Translations under genes and position numbers: made by a program
Assembly (NCBI GenBank): GCA_913062865.1
Contig: CAJXWO010000001.1
Span: 39,646 to 103,645, forward strand
DNA length: 64,000 nt
Direction of reading: 5' to 3'
DNA from: an uncultured Rhodobacteraceae bacterium
Lineage (GTDB): Bacteria > Pseudomonadota > Alphaproteobacteria > Rhodobacterales > Rhodobacteraceae
Part shown: positions 63,143-64,000 of the stretch, piece by piece
Layout of the letters: every line of letters starts with the position of its first letter
Numbering within the stretch: position 1 is the stretch's first letter
Notes under the pieces: generated by a model
Seen by the model: the letters and a program-made list of their open reading frames with translations, nothing else
Database searches by the model: none
Told to the model about the DNA's origin: nothing

Positions 63143-64000
63143 TCACGCCCGGCGCCGCCGCCGGCCGCCACGACCGCCGCCGGCGGCCGCCGCAGCGGCC
63201 GCGGCCTGGGCCGCCTCGGGGAAGGTCTGCCCCTCGGCCACGGCATCGAGCACGCGCGAGAACTTGATCCACTCGCCGCCATTCGCATCGTTATTCATCA
63301 GGAAATTGGCCGCCTTGATCGCCTCCATCTCCACCTGGCGGACCGGGTTCATGATCGCGCTGGTCATGCCCGCGCCGATGGCCATGGGCAGGAAGGCCGC
63401 GTTGATCCCGTGCCGGTTGGGCAGGCCGAAGCTGATGTTCGACGCGCCGCAGGTGGTGTTCACGCCCAGCTCTTCGCGCAGCTTGCGCACGAGGGTAAAG
63501 ACCTGCCGGCCAGCCGTGGCCATGGCCCCCACGGGCATCACCAGCGGATCGACCACGATGTCATGGGCGGGAATGCCGAAATCGGCGGCGCGCTCCACGA
63601 TCTTCTTGGCGACGGCAAAACGGACATCGGGATCTTCCGAGATGCCGGTGTCGTCGTTCGAAATGGCCACCACTGGCACGTTGTATTTCTTGACGAGCGG
63701 CAGGATCGCTTCGAGCCGCTCCTCTTCGCCCGTGACCGAGTTCAGAAGCGGGCGGCCCTCTGCGGCGGCCAGCCCGGCCTCGAGCGCGGCGGGCACCGAG
63801 CTGTCGATGCAGAGCGGCACGTCTACAAGGCCCTGGACCAGTTCGATCATCCGGGTCATCAGCGGCGGCTCGGTCTCGTTCGGGTTGGGGTTCGAGTTGT
63901 AGACGACGCCCGCATTCACATCGAGCACCATCGCTCCGCAGGCCACCTGTTCCAGCGCATCCTTCTCCACGGTCGAGAAATCGCCCGCTTCCAGTTCTGC
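63143..64000 (-). CDS. Pterin-binding (methyltetrahydrofolate:corrinoid methyltransferase / MetH-like pterin domain) protein; N terminus lies outside the window
   Basis: The frame is open to base 64000. Contains VLDVNAG, PLCIDSS, LLNSVTGEEE, IVVDPLVMPVGA and CGASNISFGLPNR, blocks characteristic of the DHPS-like pterin-binding barrel. It ends in an unusual tail, AAAAAAAAGGGRGGRRRRRA. Confidence 0.75.
   Translation of the reverse strand, partial: AELEAGDFSTVEKDALEQVACGAMVLDVNAGVVYNSNPNPNETEPPLMTRMIELVQGLVDVPLCIDSSVPAALEAGLAAAEGRPLLNSVTGEEERLEAILPLVKKYNVPVVAISNDDTGISEDPDVRFAVAKKIVERAADFGIPAHDIVVDPLVMPVGAMATAGRQVFTLVRKLREELGVNTTCGASNISFGLPNRHGINAAFLPMAIGAGMTSAIMNPVRQVEMEAIKAANFLMNNDANGGEWIKFSRVLDAVAEGQTFPEAAQAAAAAAAAGGGRGGRRRRRA

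Overview
High-GC alphaproteobacterial chromosome segment. Several features point to Rhodobacteraceae: cfa-trgA-trgB-cysK synteny, a CbbY that closely resembles what I recall of the Rhodobacter sphaeroides protein, and an aglR-aglEFGAK alpha-glucoside locus. The core is a ~31 kb autotrophy block (19.4-50.3 kb), entirely on the minus strand apart from two divergently transcribed cbbR-type LysR genes. (1) An NAD-dependent formate dehydrogenase operon, fdsG-fdsB-fdsA-fdhD-fdsD, with an upstream LysR gene. (2) A complete alpha-carboxysome operon: cbbL-cbbS-csoS2-csoS3-csoS4A-csoS4B-csoS1-acRAF, then a 71-aa disordered protein ending in WPD, a Nudix/TenI fusion, sbtA and sbtB. (3) A 12-gene Calvin-cycle operon: cbbF-prk-tkt-gap-pgk-fba-rpe, an aminotransferase, a thioredoxin-like gene, cbbZ, cbbY and an FGGY kinase. 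Many junctions in these operons overlap by 1-16 nt (typically TGATG or ATGA), which suggests translational coupling. The flanks hold a BCCT transporter fragment, photolyase, an MscK-like channel, AlaX, tRNA-Ser(GGA), a TAXI-TRAP transporter, ttuC/ttuD, glk, bglA, a disrupted sulfatase and a pterin-binding methyltransferase fragment. Two arrays of four tandem palindromic hairpins are not explained by genes: one in the fdsB-fdsA spacer, one between the sulfatase remnant and a small convergent gene. No CRISPR array, transposase, integrase or rRNA was seen. The many long ORFs antisense to, or out of frame with, real genes are treated as high-GC artefacts. All calls rest on reading the translations and the DNA by eye; no database search was possible.
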